Of a DNA stretch of 34,184 nt, positions 18,775 to 28,488 are shown one piece after another. The notes beneath the pieces were generated by a model. That model saw only the letters and a program-made list of their open reading frames with translations, did not search any database and was not told the origin of the DNA. Position 1 is the stretch's first letter, and the number at the start of each line of letters is the position of its first letter. The position numbers and the translations under genes are program-made. Source of the stretch: Verrucomicrobiota bacterium (GTDB taxonomy: Bacteria > Verrucomicrobiota > Verrucomicrobiia > Verrucomicrobiales > DEV007); contig JASFYY010000072.1 in NCBI GenBank assembly GCA_045046875.1, forward strand, positions 1-34,184, written 5' to 3'.

Positions 18775-21018
18775 ATGAAACCATCCGCCCAGCAAAATAT
18801 TTTCCAATCCCGCCTACGACCCTCTACGGGCAAAGGGCGGCGACCCGTGTGTATTTTGCTAATGCTGGGTTTGATGTCTTTTGGGACTCACGGCAAAACT
18901 CAGGGAAATAAGACGGTTCCTGATAAAGGTCGGGAAGTGGCACCGGGAATTTTTGCCCCCAAGGCTGCAGAAGCAAAACAAGCAGTGGCAACGAAAACGG
19001 ACGCTGATGACAAAGTCGCCATCAAACCACAGCTCATCGAAAAAGACGAAGTGGTGCCTGCCACAAAAAGAGCCATGCCGAACTTCCAACCGACGCTAAG
19101 AGCAAAAGACGTGATCGGCTCCTCACTGGAAACCAAAACCGAAGCCCGCACCTTCACTCTCACCGTTCCCGCACCGCGTGGACAGATCATCGACCGCAAT
19201 GGTTACCCGTTGGCCCAGAGCCGGGTGGCCTATTACGCAGCGATTAACTTTCCCCAACTTCCCGACGCCAGCGACAAAGACATCGCCCGTTACGCTTTGG
19301 AGCGAGTCAACATAGCCAATCAGGTGCTAGGCGGCAATTGGGACATCAAATACAAAACCGTGCTAGAGCATTACAAAGAGCGGCGCTGGCTACCCTTGGT
19401 ATTCTCTTCTCCATTAAATGAAGCCCAGGCGAGAAAATTAAAACCCGAATTGATCAAAGGACTGATGCTGCACCCTTTTTATCAGCGGGTTTACCCACAG
19501 CACTCACTCGCTTCACATATTGTGGGCTATGTCGGCAGAAGGCCTCCCAGGCGCACCGGCCCAGTGGACGATGGCGAATCAATCTGGCCACAGGCCAAAG
19601 GCGTGGACGGACTGGAGCAGTCTTTTGACAAAGATCTCACCGGGCGCCCAGGGAAAATTAACATTCTGTTTGATTCCGACGGCACCAAGCTAACGGAAGA
19701 AATGATCCAACGCCCCAAGCCGGGTAAAACCGTGGTGATGGCTCTCGATCTAGAGATCCAAATGCTCGCAGAAGAAGTGCTGCAAGAGAAAACTAAAAGC
19801 GGGGCTTTTGTGATCATGGATGTGCGCACCGGCGACATACTGGCGATGGCCTCGTGGCCGCAATACGACCCGAACATCTTCATCCCTGCTATTTCACAAA
19901 CGGACTATTCCAAGCTGCAGAACGACCCCGCCAAACCTCTTTTTGCCCGTGCTTTTCGTGGCGCCTACCCGCCGGCTTCCACTTTCAAAACAACCGTGGC
20001 GCTGGCCGTTCTTGATGCAGGCACGGTGAGAGAAGACACTTTGTTTTCCTGTCCGACAGGGTTGGCGATCGGTGACCGGGTATTTCACAACTGGAACAAA
20101 AAGGCCGAAGGTTCGATGAATGTGATTGGAGCGCTCACCCGCTCCTGTAATACCTGGTTTTATCAAGCCGCTTTGAAAACCGGAGCTGCGCCGATCACTG
20201 AAATGGCCATGCGTCTGGGTTACGGCAAAAAAACCGGACTTCCTCTTCCGGCCGAAGCCAAAGGTTTTATTACTTCAGATCGCTGGTCACGTGAAAAATA
20301 CGGCCACCCGATCCTCGATGGAGACCTGGCCAACATGGCGATTGGTCAAGGCACCATATTAGCCAGCCCGCTGCAGGTCGCCCAGGCAATGGCCGCCATC
20401 GGCAGTCGCCGCCGGGTGGTCAGACCTAGACTGGTGCTTCAAGTTCAAGACGTCAACGACTCGGTGACCCGAACCTTCCGGGTGAGAGAACGCATCCCGC
20501 TTAATATCGATCCCTACAATATGGAGCTGGTGGTGCAGGGTATGATCGACGTGGTGAATGCCGGTAACGGCACCGCTCGCCGCGCGCGCAATGAACACAT
20601 CACGGTGGCAGGTAAAACCGGCACCGGCCAATGGAAACCCCATCTCGAGCAAAACGTGGCCTGGTTCTCTGGTTTTGCCCCGGCAGATTATCCCATCTTC
20701 GCTTTTGCCGCGGTTTACGAAGGCAGCCCCGGCGAGCGTGTTGGCGGCGGCAAAAATGCCGGACCGATCATCGGTGCCTTTTTTGAAAAATACCTTAAAG
20801 ATGAAAAACGCCTGGCCGAGTTCAAACGTCAGGTAGAAGACGTGGAGTTGGCTCACAATGATCAAGGCATTGTCAGACCAGAGATCGCCGGATCCATTTT
20901 TAAAAATACCAGCTCCGAAAGTAAAGTTCGTAAAGCGGTCAATGAAAAGAAAGACATTGAAAAAGCCGAAGCCGGCGGCCTGCTGAAATGGTTCCGCGGA
21001 TTCCGCAAGCGCCCTTGA
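18775..21018 (+). CDS. mrdA: Class B penicillin-binding protein (PBP2/MrdA-like D,D-transpeptidase)
   Basis: PAPRGQIIDRNG, R.YP...ASHIVGY, GLEQSFD..LTG, catalytic PASTFK (SxxK), SCN (SxN), GKTGT (KTG). May be a paralog rather than the main mrdA. Confidence 0.85.
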   Translation: MKPSAQQNIFQSRLRPSTGKGRRPVCILLMLGLMSFGTHGKTQGNKTVPDKGREVAPGIFAPKAAEAKQAVATKTDADDKVAIKPQLIEKDEVVPATKRAMPNFQPTLRAKDVIGSSLETKTEARTFTLTVPAPRGQIIDRNGYPLAQSRVAYYAAINFPQLPDASDKDIARYALERVNIANQVLGGNWDIKYKTVLEHYKERRWLPLVFSSPLNEAQARKLKPELIKGLMLHPFYQRVYPQHSLASHIVGYVGRRPPRRTGPVDDGESIWPQAKGVDGLEQSFDKDLTGRPGKINILFDSDGTKLTEEMIQRPKPGKTVVMALDLEIQMLAEEVLQEKTKSGAFVIMDVRTGDILAMASWPQYDPNIFIPAISQTDYSKLQNDPAKPLFARAFRGAYPPASTFKTTVALAVLDAGTVREDTLFSCPTGLAIGDRVFHNWNKKAEGSMNVIGALTRSCNTWFYQAALKTGAAPITEMAMRLGYGKKTGLPLPAEAKGFITSDRWSREKYGHPILDGDLANMAIGQGTILASPLQVAQAMAAIGSRRRVVRPRLVLQVQDVNDSVTRTFRVRERIPLNIDPYNMELVVQGMIDVVNAGNGTARRARNEHITVAGKTGTGQWKPHLEQNVAWFSGFAPADYPIFAFAAVYEGSPGERVGGGKNAGPIIGAFFEKYLKDEKRLAEFKRQVEDVELAHNDQGIVRPEIAGSIFKNTSSESKVRKAVNEKKDIEKAEAGGLLKWFRGFRKRP

Positions 21019-21048
21019 GTTTTTTTCATCTGCCATTTTAGTGGCTGT

Positions 21049-22791
21049 ATGATGAAATTTTCCAGACTTAAAAGCTACGCCACGCTCATTGCATTACTGG
21101 GTGTATCTACAGAGTGGGCCCAGGCAGCAGATCAACAAGAGCCCGCTGACACCGTTTTCCTCAATGGTAAGTTATTAACAGTAGACGCTAAGCAGACGGT
21201 AGCTTCGGCGATCGCAATCAAGGGGGATCGCATCGTGGCCGTGGGCAGTGATAAGCAAATCAAAGCTTATCAGGGAAGCTCCACCAAAACTATTCAACTC
21301 GACGGCAAAACCATGATTCCGGGTATCACCGAAGCCCATGTGCATTCGATCTATGTAGCCAAAGGCATGCTCGGTCGCCCTTATCGGGATTACTCCAGTA
21401 TCGAAGAATTGCAGCAAGTCATTCGTTGGTTGGACGAAGAGTTGAAAGACGGCGAGTGGATCAGCGTGCCACGGGTGCCAATCACCCGTTTGAAAGAACG
21501 TCGCCATCCCAGCACCGCAGAGCTCGATGCCGCTTGCACCACCCATCCGGTGGTATTCACCTCGGCGCGCAAAAGCGCACTGAATTCCCTCGCTTTGAAA
21601 AAGCTGGGGCTCGATGGGGAAAACTTCCCTGACGGCTTGGAGGTGGTCAAGGATGAGGCAGGCAACATCCGTTTGCTGGGAGGCTCCATCGGCAGCCTGA
21701 TCAGAAAAGCGAATCCCGGAAAAATTCACAAATCGGAAGACGTGATCGAAGCCCTGGGCAAAGTGCATGCGATCTACAACTCGGTGGGCATCACCAGTAT
21801 TTTTGAAAGAGCCAACAGCAGAGAGCAATGGGATCAATTCCAAACATTGCGTGACAGTGGTAAAATGACCGTGCGTGCGACGCTGACCTTTCGTCGTCAG
21901 ATGAAAAGCGCGGCAATGGTTAAACAATTTGTCGCTGACCTTGCATTGAAACCCCGTGAAGGTGATGACTGGTTGCGAGCCGGGCCGTTGAAGATCACCG
22001 CTGATGGAGGTATCCATTGGGGAACCACTTACCTGAGTGAGGCTTTTGGCAAAAAGCGCACCGACTTTTACGGACTCAAGGATGATCCGGAATACCATGG
22101 CAATTTGACCTTCCCAGTGGATCAAATGACCGAAGTATTTGCCGAGGCCACCCGTCTGGGCTGGCAAATGTCCGCCCACATCACTGGCGATCTCGGCATC
22201 ACCCGGGTCTTGGATGCTTTGGAAAATGTGAGTCAAAAACAAGCGGTGGCAGAGATGCGCTTTCACCTCATTCACGCATACTTCTCAACTGCCGACATTC
22301 TCGAACGCGGCAAACGCCTCGGAGTTTGTGTCGATACCCAGGCTTACCTGTATCTGAAGGACGCTGACTTCATTGCCAAGGTTTATGGCAAGGACTGGGC
22401 CGAGCGCTTCATTCCACTCGGCGACTGGACGCGGGCAGGCATTCCCCTGGCGATCAATAGTGACCACATGGACGGCCTCGACCCGGATCATTCGATCAAC
22501 TCATTCAATCCCTTTTTAATGCTCTATGCCGCCGTGGCCCGCAAAGATGATTTTGGCCATGTTTATGGAGAGAACCAAAAACTCACCCGGATGCAGGCTT
22601 TGCAAGCAGTCACCTTGAACCCGGCTTTCCTCTCATTTGATGAAAAAATCAAAGGTTCGCTGGAAGTGGGGAAATTAGCGGATTTGGTAGTACTCGACCG
22701 CGACTACATGAATTGCCCCGAACAAGAAATCCGCAATATCAAACCGACCTTGACGATGGTGGGAGGAAAGGTGGTTTTTCAGCGGAAGTAA
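21049..22791 (+). CDS. Exported YtcJ-like metal-dependent amidohydrolase (amidohydro_3)
   Basis: Signal peptide (..AQA); PGITEAHVH, LKITADGG, AHITGD, LIHA, NSD, GSLEVGKLADLVVLD, TMVGGKVV. Confidence 0.9.
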   Translation: MMKFSRLKSYATLIALLGVSTEWAQAADQQEPADTVFLNGKLLTVDAKQTVASAIAIKGDRIVAVGSDKQIKAYQGSSTKTIQLDGKTMIPGITEAHVHSIYVAKGMLGRPYRDYSSIEELQQVIRWLDEELKDGEWISVPRVPITRLKERRHPSTAELDAACTTHPVVFTSARKSALNSLALKKLGLDGENFPDGLEVVKDEAGNIRLLGGSIGSLIRKANPGKIHKSEDVIEALGKVHAIYNSVGITSIFERANSREQWDQFQTLRDSGKMTVRATLTFRRQMKSAAMVKQFVADLALKPREGDDWLRAGPLKITADGGIHWGTTYLSEAFGKKRTDFYGLKDDPEYHGNLTFPVDQMTEVFAEATRLGWQMSAHITGDLGITRVLDALENVSQKQAVAEMRFHLIHAYFSTADILERGKRLGVCVDTQAYLYLKDADFIAKVYGKDWAERFIPLGDWTRAGIPLAINSDHMDGLDPDHSINSFNPFLMLYAAVARKDDFGHVYGENQKLTRMQALQAVTLNPAFLSFDEKIKGSLEVGKLADLVVLDRDYMNCPEQEIRNIKPTLTMVGGKVVFQRK

Positions 22792-22843
22792 CACTGGCGA
22801 TAGGAATTATTTCCTTAAACTGCCAGGTATCCCTGATTTCTAT

Positions 22844-24592
22844 ATGCGTCCCGTTATCTACATTCTAATTTTATGCCTGCTAAGTGCAGCGGGCTCACAA
22901 CGAGCGCAAGCAGACGCCATCGTAATCAACCGCTCGATGAAGGCTTCGACCATTGCGGAAATCTTTGTCGAAAGGGATCGTATCCGGGTGGAGATGGAAA
23001 TAGGCATCGTCGATTTCGGGGCATTCCAAAATATGCTGCCGGATGAGTTGTTCGAAAAACTAGACAATGAACCAAAGGCTTTGAAGGAGCGCTACGGAGA
23101 TTTTTTTCAGCAAGATTGGGTTTTACGAGCGGATGGAAAAGTCCTCGTGCCAGCATTAAAAAGCATAGAAGGCAAGCAGCGAAGCCGGCGCGATGAGATA
23201 ACCGGAGAAGTCATTACCAATGCAGATGAGGAAAACGACGTGATTCTGTCAGTGATACTCGAATATGCCTTAGGAGTAAATTTGCCGAAAGCTCTGTCGA
23301 TCAAAGCCCCAACTTCAAAAAATGGACATGCACTCGCCGCCATTGGTTTTGTCCTTTACCACGAAGGCCTTGCGGTGAATGACTTTCGTTATCTGAGTAC
23401 AGAGGCCATTATTGATCTCGACTGGGAAGACCCTTGGTATTCCAAGTTCAAGAATAACAACCTGAAACGCCAGTACGATGCACCCTTGCACGGATTCCTC
23501 TATGCCGAGCCGCGCGAAATCAGAAAGGAAATCATCGCCCGGGTTCGAGATCTTGAGCAGTGGATCGATCTTTGCCTTGATGGGAAAGAGACCATTTCCC
23601 CTGATGAGCAAAAAGCCATTTTGAAAAAAATTGGGGTGTTTTTAGCAGATCGCTGTCCGCTAACCATTGACGGCAAAGTGGCGCAAGGTCAACTCGATCG
23701 AATTCACTTTGTCAGAAGAACACTCAGGCAGACAACGGTTGTCGGCACGGATGAGGAACTGCCCGTGGTATCAGCGATGATTGGAGCCATTTTTGTTTAT
23801 CCTACGACCGGATTGCCACAGCAGGCAGCGATGAAATGGGATTTGTTCACCAAGCGTACACCGATGATGAAAGGAGTGGCAACTGATGAAGCCGGAGGAT
23901 TGCCGAGCACGGTTACCCCTGATGACCCGATTCTGGTGTGGAAGAATTTTCTGAAAAATCCCACAGATTCAAGTCTGATCGAACTCACCCCGCCACCTGC
24001 GCGAGCTCAAATTTCGATTCCGTTAACCTTTGTATTAGCTTTCGTTTTGACGTTTTGGTTGATGCGTAGGCAAACGCGTCATTCGAAATTGCGCAGAGTT
24101 GCCTGGGGCGTTGTTGTTACCTTGGCAGTTTTGACTTTGCTTCCATTAAGTTGGATACCTATTCCGAGTCCTTTTAGCGGTGAAAGTAATCAAACTCCCG
24201 AGCAAAATGACGCCGTGGCTCAAGGGCTGTTGCGAAATATCTATCGTTCGTTCGATTACCGCGAGGAGAGTGATGTTTACGATGCTCTGGAACAAAGTGT
24301 TTCCGGAGAATTGCTGACGACAGTTTATCTCGAAGTCCAAAAAGCCCTGCAATTAAAAAACCAGGGAGGAGCCTCGACCAAGGTCAAGGAAGTTGAGTTG
24401 ATCCAGTCAGAAGTGCAACCAGCAGAAGCTGGTTTTGTCACCCGTTGCCAGTGGACGGTGCTGGGTTCGGTCGGGCATTGGGGACATATTCACCAGCGCA
24501 AAAACCGTTATGACGCAGTGCTTACCATTCAAGCGGTTGATGGAGTTTGGAAACTGACAACGATGGAGTTAAAAGATGAAGAACGTTTGTAG
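22844..24592 (+). CDS. Uncharacterised exported membrane-anchored protein with internally duplicated periplasmic domain and two TM helices
   Basis: 582-aa ORF, signal peptide (..AQA), two hydrophobic stretches after about aa 390, C-terminal GSVGHWGHIHQRKNRYDA..VDGVWK. Confidence 0.8.
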   Translation: MRPVIYILILCLLSAAGSQRAQADAIVINRSMKASTIAEIFVERDRIRVEMEIGIVDFGAFQNMLPDELFEKLDNEPKALKERYGDFFQQDWVLRADGKVLVPALKSIEGKQRSRRDEITGEVITNADEENDVILSVILEYALGVNLPKALSIKAPTSKNGHALAAIGFVLYHEGLAVNDFRYLSTEAIIDLDWEDPWYSKFKNNNLKRQYDAPLHGFLYAEPREIRKEIIARVRDLEQWIDLCLDGKETISPDEQKAILKKIGVFLADRCPLTIDGKVAQGQLDRIHFVRRTLRQTTVVGTDEELPVVSAMIGAIFVYPTTGLPQQAAMKWDLFTKRTPMMKGVATDEAGGLPSTVTPDDPILVWKNFLKNPTDSSLIELTPPPARAQISIPLTFVLAFVLTFWLMRRQTRHSKLRRVAWGVVVTLAVLTLLPLSWIPIPSPFSGESNQTPEQNDAVAQGLLRNIYRSFDYREESDVYDALEQSVSGELLTTVYLEVQKALQLKNQGGASTKVKEVELIQSEVQPAEAGFVTRCQWTVLGSVGHWGHIHQRKNRYDAVLTIQAVDGVWKLTTMELKDEERL

Positions 24593-24654
24593 TGAACGCC
24601 TCAACGAGCTTTGTGTGTTGTTGAATCAATGAATAACTGTTAGATTTCTCATCA

Positions 24655-25117
24655 ATGGCTGAGGAACAATCACGATACTTGGAAACTTGTGCGAATTCGC
24701 GAACTGGCTTCAGATTTCAGTGCCTTGTTCTTCTATTAGCATTGATTTCTACCACGCTTAACGCTGAAGAAATTTCGACTGCCAGCGGAGCCTCTGATCA
24801 AGCAGCAAGCGATTCCCGGCATAGCTCCTTCGCCCCCCCATTATTAAACGTTTGCCTAAGCCGCCTTTCAATATGCCAATTCCCAGAACAACAATGGTCT
24901 ACAACTGCAAAATCGCTACGAACAGGAAGCCCCCAATGTAATCCGGAGGTGGACTTGGAAACCGTTACCACGCCGAACACCTTGGATTAAATTGTATCTT
25001 TACGGCAACAAGCTCAAAGCGATGACCGGACTTGAATACGCCCACATGGATGGGGGTTCCGGAGGCGGTAATTATTCCGGTTGGACCTGGTTCAACGGGG
25101 TTCGGCTGTATTTCTAA
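24655..25117 (+). pseudogene. Decayed outer-membrane porin (OprO/OprP-like): signal-peptide 5' end joined to frameshifted C-terminal strands
   Basis: 24655 ORF begins with a signal peptide (LVLLLALISTTLNA-EE). Frame 24860-25117 reads FQYANSQNNNGLQLQNRYEQEAPNV...YLYGNKLKAMTGLEYAHMDGGSGGGNYSGWTWFNGVRLYF*; an offset frame supplies the intervening GGGLGNRYHAEHLGLN; terminal Y-F beta-signal. Confidence 0.7.
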
Positions 25118-25400
25118 ACCAATCGATCATGCCTCCCATAATGTATGTGAGGAAATTGGTATTTTAAGATGGTTTGCAAACGGAAAAACCCAGACCGGTG
25201 CTCTAGTTCCAGCCTGGGTTTCGTTTAACATCCAATGGCAAGTTCTCCCGACTCGCCTTCGGAGTAAATATTCATCAGCGCCGCCGAGCATGCCTACAGA
25301 GCAACAAACCGCAACCGAGCAGTAAGGAAAGTGAGCTTTTCATGGTTATGGGGATAGGTGTTGAAAAGAGGTGGCCGGATGGGGGTAGAATGCCGGGCAA

Positions 25401-26141
25401 TCACATTTGCTTCATGAAATCAAAGCTTTCGACTTTGATGTTAAGATCGTCTTCTTCTTTTGCAGTTTTCACCCGGGCATCTACCTGATCCGGATAAAAA
25501 GCAGCGTTTCCCCTCAACTGACGAAAGTAGATATTGGCGAACACAGTATCTGTTCCGCTCAATGGAGTGCGAAAGGACAGGCTCACAGGCATACCTGTCG
25601 CTTGATCTGCAAGAAGAGTCACGGCATCACCCTGCCGCAAAACGTTTTTGCCGCTGATCTGGATCACATTCTGGTAACCCACAGCGGGAGATTTAGTTGC
25701 ACGATCAAAGAAGTTCACCACGTCACCGCGGGACATGTAAATGTAGGCAAGGATCCATTCCCTGATCAACTTGACCTTGGTATCCAATTCTATCAGCTTT
25801 TTATCCTGACGGTTGCCACTGATAAGTCCATGGCGTTTTCGAATTTTTAAGTCCTGATTGATTTGAGTAGTTTGCAATTTGCCCGAAGCATCAAACCGTC
25901 CCTGAATCAGATCAATGAACTGCATTTCACCACCCTTGGAGACCTCAATGCGTAACTGCCAGCTGAAACCGGTGAGGTTTTTACGATTATTCTCAATAAT
26001 AGAGGCATAGTTCAGAGCCATTAGTGCTGGATCGACTGCAGCTTGTTTGACTTGTTTAGTCTGAGAGAGACCTTCTGGCGTCACTACACAAGTAAGAAAA
26101 ACCGCGAAAATGGGAGCGAGCAAGGTGAATTTTATTTTCAT
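25401..26141 (-). CDS. Secreted hypothetical protein, beta-rich (possibly LolA-like fold)
   Basis: 246-aa ORF with MKIKFTLLAPIFAVFLTC signal peptide; alternating beta-strand pattern (AVTLLAD..TGMPVSLSF..FANIYF..FYPDQV). Confidence 0.8.
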   Translation of the reverse strand: MKIKFTLLAPIFAVFLTCVVTPEGLSQTKQVKQAAVDPALMALNYASIIENNRKNLTGFSWQLRIEVSKGGEMQFIDLIQGRFDASGKLQTTQINQDLKIRKRHGLISGNRQDKKLIELDTKVKLIREWILAYIYMSRGDVVNFFDRATKSPAVGYQNVIQISGKNVLRQGDAVTLLADQATGMPVSLSFRTPLSGTDTVFANIYFRQLRGNAAFYPDQVDARVKTAKEEDDLNIKVESFDFMKQM

Positions 26142-26254
26142 ACGTATTTTGGTTTTAGATTTAAAGTTTGAAAGCTTTTTGGGTAAAGCAGAGTGACCCT
26201 TTAGTTATTAGTTCCGATCAACCAACTGATCCCATTATAATCAATGTGTAGCAC

Positions 26255-26276
26255 TTCTAGACGATTACGTCTAGAA
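26255..26276. promoter_or_regulatory. Palindromic operator TTCTAGACG-ATTA-CGTCTAGAA (core CTAGAC-N6-GTCTAG)
   Basis: Perfect 9-bp arms; about 115 bp upstream of the 26141 start, next to a minus-strand TATAAT at 26234-26239; same core recurs at 29793-29810. Confidence 0.75.
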
Positions 26277-26581
26277 ATAATCGTGATTTTTTGGACTTAT
26301 TCAGATACCCAATTATTTGTTAATTCCCATCTTAATCCGCTAGTCGTCTGCGCAGCTGCCAATAGTATGGCGAGCAAAACCCGAATGGTGTAGCGCAGAG
26401 ACATCAATCCACAGCGTAGATGACAATTTTTTAAACAAGATGCGAGCTATGAGCTTGCGGCATTGAATTATTACTGGCAGTGTTGAATGGGTTTGCAGTT
26501 TATACAATAGACCCGTCCCAGATGGGATGGGCCGCCAACCACTCGAAATTCTTAACACCCCTAGGGTTGCTGGAGTAAATT

Positions 26582-28426
26582 TTGATGAAACTAAGAGGAC
26601 TAAGCCCCGGCTATAAAAGAATGTTTAATAAAATACTCTTGTCCTGTCCTGCCCGGCAAAGGTCTTATTACACGCGCCTATTTTATGGAGGGCTTGTTAT
26701 TTTGGCGCTTATTTCATCACCGGCCTGTTCTACCGTCAGGGTAAGCGTGCGTTCGGAACGAGTGGACAATGCAGGTATCCAATCATCCAAAGCTCTTTAT
26801 TCATCGGTTTCCGGCTCCCGGGAAAGAAGTGCCTTGTTAGCGGAGTTCTCAAAAGCCACCGAAGTGATATTGAAAAAGGCGAAACGGAACTCTGCTCAGG
26901 AGCGTTTTCAGGTTGCTGCCGGCTGTTATTTAAAAGCTGCTCTTGATGCACGATCTCTATTGACTGTCTCCAAGGAGCTATCAAATCCGGAAGTTGAACA
27001 GGCACTTTTGCAGATACATAATTTGGCCTTGGCTAGATTCGCCGAAATTTGGATGAATGATCTACCTCGACAGCAGGAGGGCAACTATCAATTCAGTTAC
27101 GAAGACGAAACGTACGAAATTGCGTTAAAGAACTCGGACTTTAGTTACGATTATTTCGATCACGTTGTTGCAGTTAAATCTGTAAAGGGAAGGGGGCTCA
27201 TAAGGCGGGAACGTTCCGGGTACGGAGCAACTCTGGTGGGTATTCGCGAACAAAATCCCGATCGAAAAAAAGAAATGCGCTTCTATTCCAAGAGCGGATT
27301 TCATGTGTCCCTGAGCTTGACGATGGGTCATCCCCAAACATCAAAAAAATCGAGCAAGAAGCGAATTATCATACCGCTATCACTACAAAACCCGATGCTG
27401 CACGAGACAATCTTGGTGGAAGGTCGTAGGCTGCCTTTAGCGGCAAATTTTTCGACTCGATTCGAGATGCTTCTTAATGGCCGTAATGGAACCCTGCGGG
27501 GAATGAGTGGGTTTTTCTCAGCTGACAAACGCATTGGCGTGTCCGGAATTTTCATATCAGAACCCTACGACCCAAACCGGATTCCAGTCGTCTTCACTCA
27601 TGGTTTGGCATCTGCACCTATCATATGGCGAAATATAATGCCCGAATTAATGTCCGAACCAGATATTGCGCGTCGTTACCAGTTCATGGTTTTCACTTAT
27701 CCTAGTTCTTTAATCATTGCTGAATCAGCGCGATTATTCAGAGAAAACCTTGCTTCAATGCGCGCTCATTTTGACCCCACAGGCCAGGACCCGCTTTCGA
27801 CTGATATGGTTGCCATCGGCCACAGCATGGGCGGCGTGCTTACCCACCTCCTTGTAGCTGAGACGGGAGAAAATATTTGGCAGCAAATCAGTGACTCGCC
27901 TATTGAGAGCCTGGGTTTAGAACCAGACATAGAATCAAAAATAAAAGAATGGGCTTATTTTGATCCCGACAAAGCTGTGAATCGGGTGATATACATTTCA
28001 ACTCCGCATCGCGGGGCGGAAATGGCTCATTCATCTTTGCCAGCATTTCTTTCCTCGAAGGTTCGACTGCCAGTCAAAATCCTAAAAGAGTCCTCTGCTC
28101 TTTGGGATAAAGACGGAGTAAAGGATGCGCTAGGCCTAAAAGGAACCAAGGTCACAGGTATGCAATCGCTCGAAAAACATTCACCTATTATTGAAGGATT
28201 AAAAATATCCCCTCACAAGCAAGGGGTCATTTATCACTCTATCATCGGGGACCGCGGTCATGGGGATACGCCTGACAGCTCGGACGGCGTGGTTGAATAC
28301 TGGAGCTCTCACCAGGATGGCGCTGCTTCAGAAATTATCGTTCCTACCAATCACGGCGCTTACTCGCACCGCAAGACGATCGACGAAATCAAACGGATTC
28401 TGCGAGTTCACGCCAAACTCAAATGA
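26582..28426 (+). CDS. Alpha/beta-fold serine hydrolase (esterase/lipase-like), probable lipoprotein; true start uncertain (may be later)
   Basis: PVVFTHGLAS oxyanion motif, GHSMGG nucleophile elbow, STPHRG, SDGVV (Asp), NHGA (His); hydrophobic GLVILALISSPAC lipobox-like segment. Confidence 0.88.
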   Translation: MMKLRGLSPGYKRMFNKILLSCPARQRSYYTRLFYGGLVILALISSPACSTVRVSVRSERVDNAGIQSSKALYSSVSGSRERSALLAEFSKATEVILKKAKRNSAQERFQVAAGCYLKAALDARSLLTVSKELSNPEVEQALLQIHNLALARFAEIWMNDLPRQQEGNYQFSYEDETYEIALKNSDFSYDYFDHVVAVKSVKGRGLIRRERSGYGATLVGIREQNPDRKKEMRFYSKSGFHVSLSLTMGHPQTSKKSSKKRIIIPLSLQNPMLHETILVEGRRLPLAANFSTRFEMLLNGRNGTLRGMSGFFSADKRIGVSGIFISEPYDPNRIPVVFTHGLASAPIIWRNIMPELMSEPDIARRYQFMVFTYPSSLIIAESARLFRENLASMRAHFDPTGQDPLSTDMVAIGHSMGGVLTHLLVAETGENIWQQISDSPIESLGLEPDIESKIKEWAYFDPDKAVNRVIYISTPHRGAEMAHSSLPAFLSSKVRLPVKILKESSALWDKDGVKDALGLKGTKVTGMQSLEKHSPIIEGLKISPHKQGVIYHSIIGDRGHGDTPDSSDGVVEYWSSHQDGAASEIIVPTNHGAYSHRKTIDEIKRILRVHAKLK

Positions 28427-28488
28427 ACGCTTTATTCAGATGAGAAAGGGCGTTTCGGTTACCGGTTATTACGAAGATCTAACGAATG

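Noticed and set aside
21175..22275. 366-aa antisense ORF (and other shadow ORFs such as 15090-15695, 16105-16680, 20359-21036)
   Set aside because: They overlap well-supported genes on the opposite strand and have no recognisable motifs.
25178..25228. AAACCCAG...CTGGGTTT hairpin as an ncRNA or riboswitch
   Set aside because: No recognisable family motif; more simply a degenerate terminator between convergent genes.
25032..25325. 97-aa ORF as a real gene
   Set aside because: Overlaps the porin relic in the wrong frame and has no plausible protein features.
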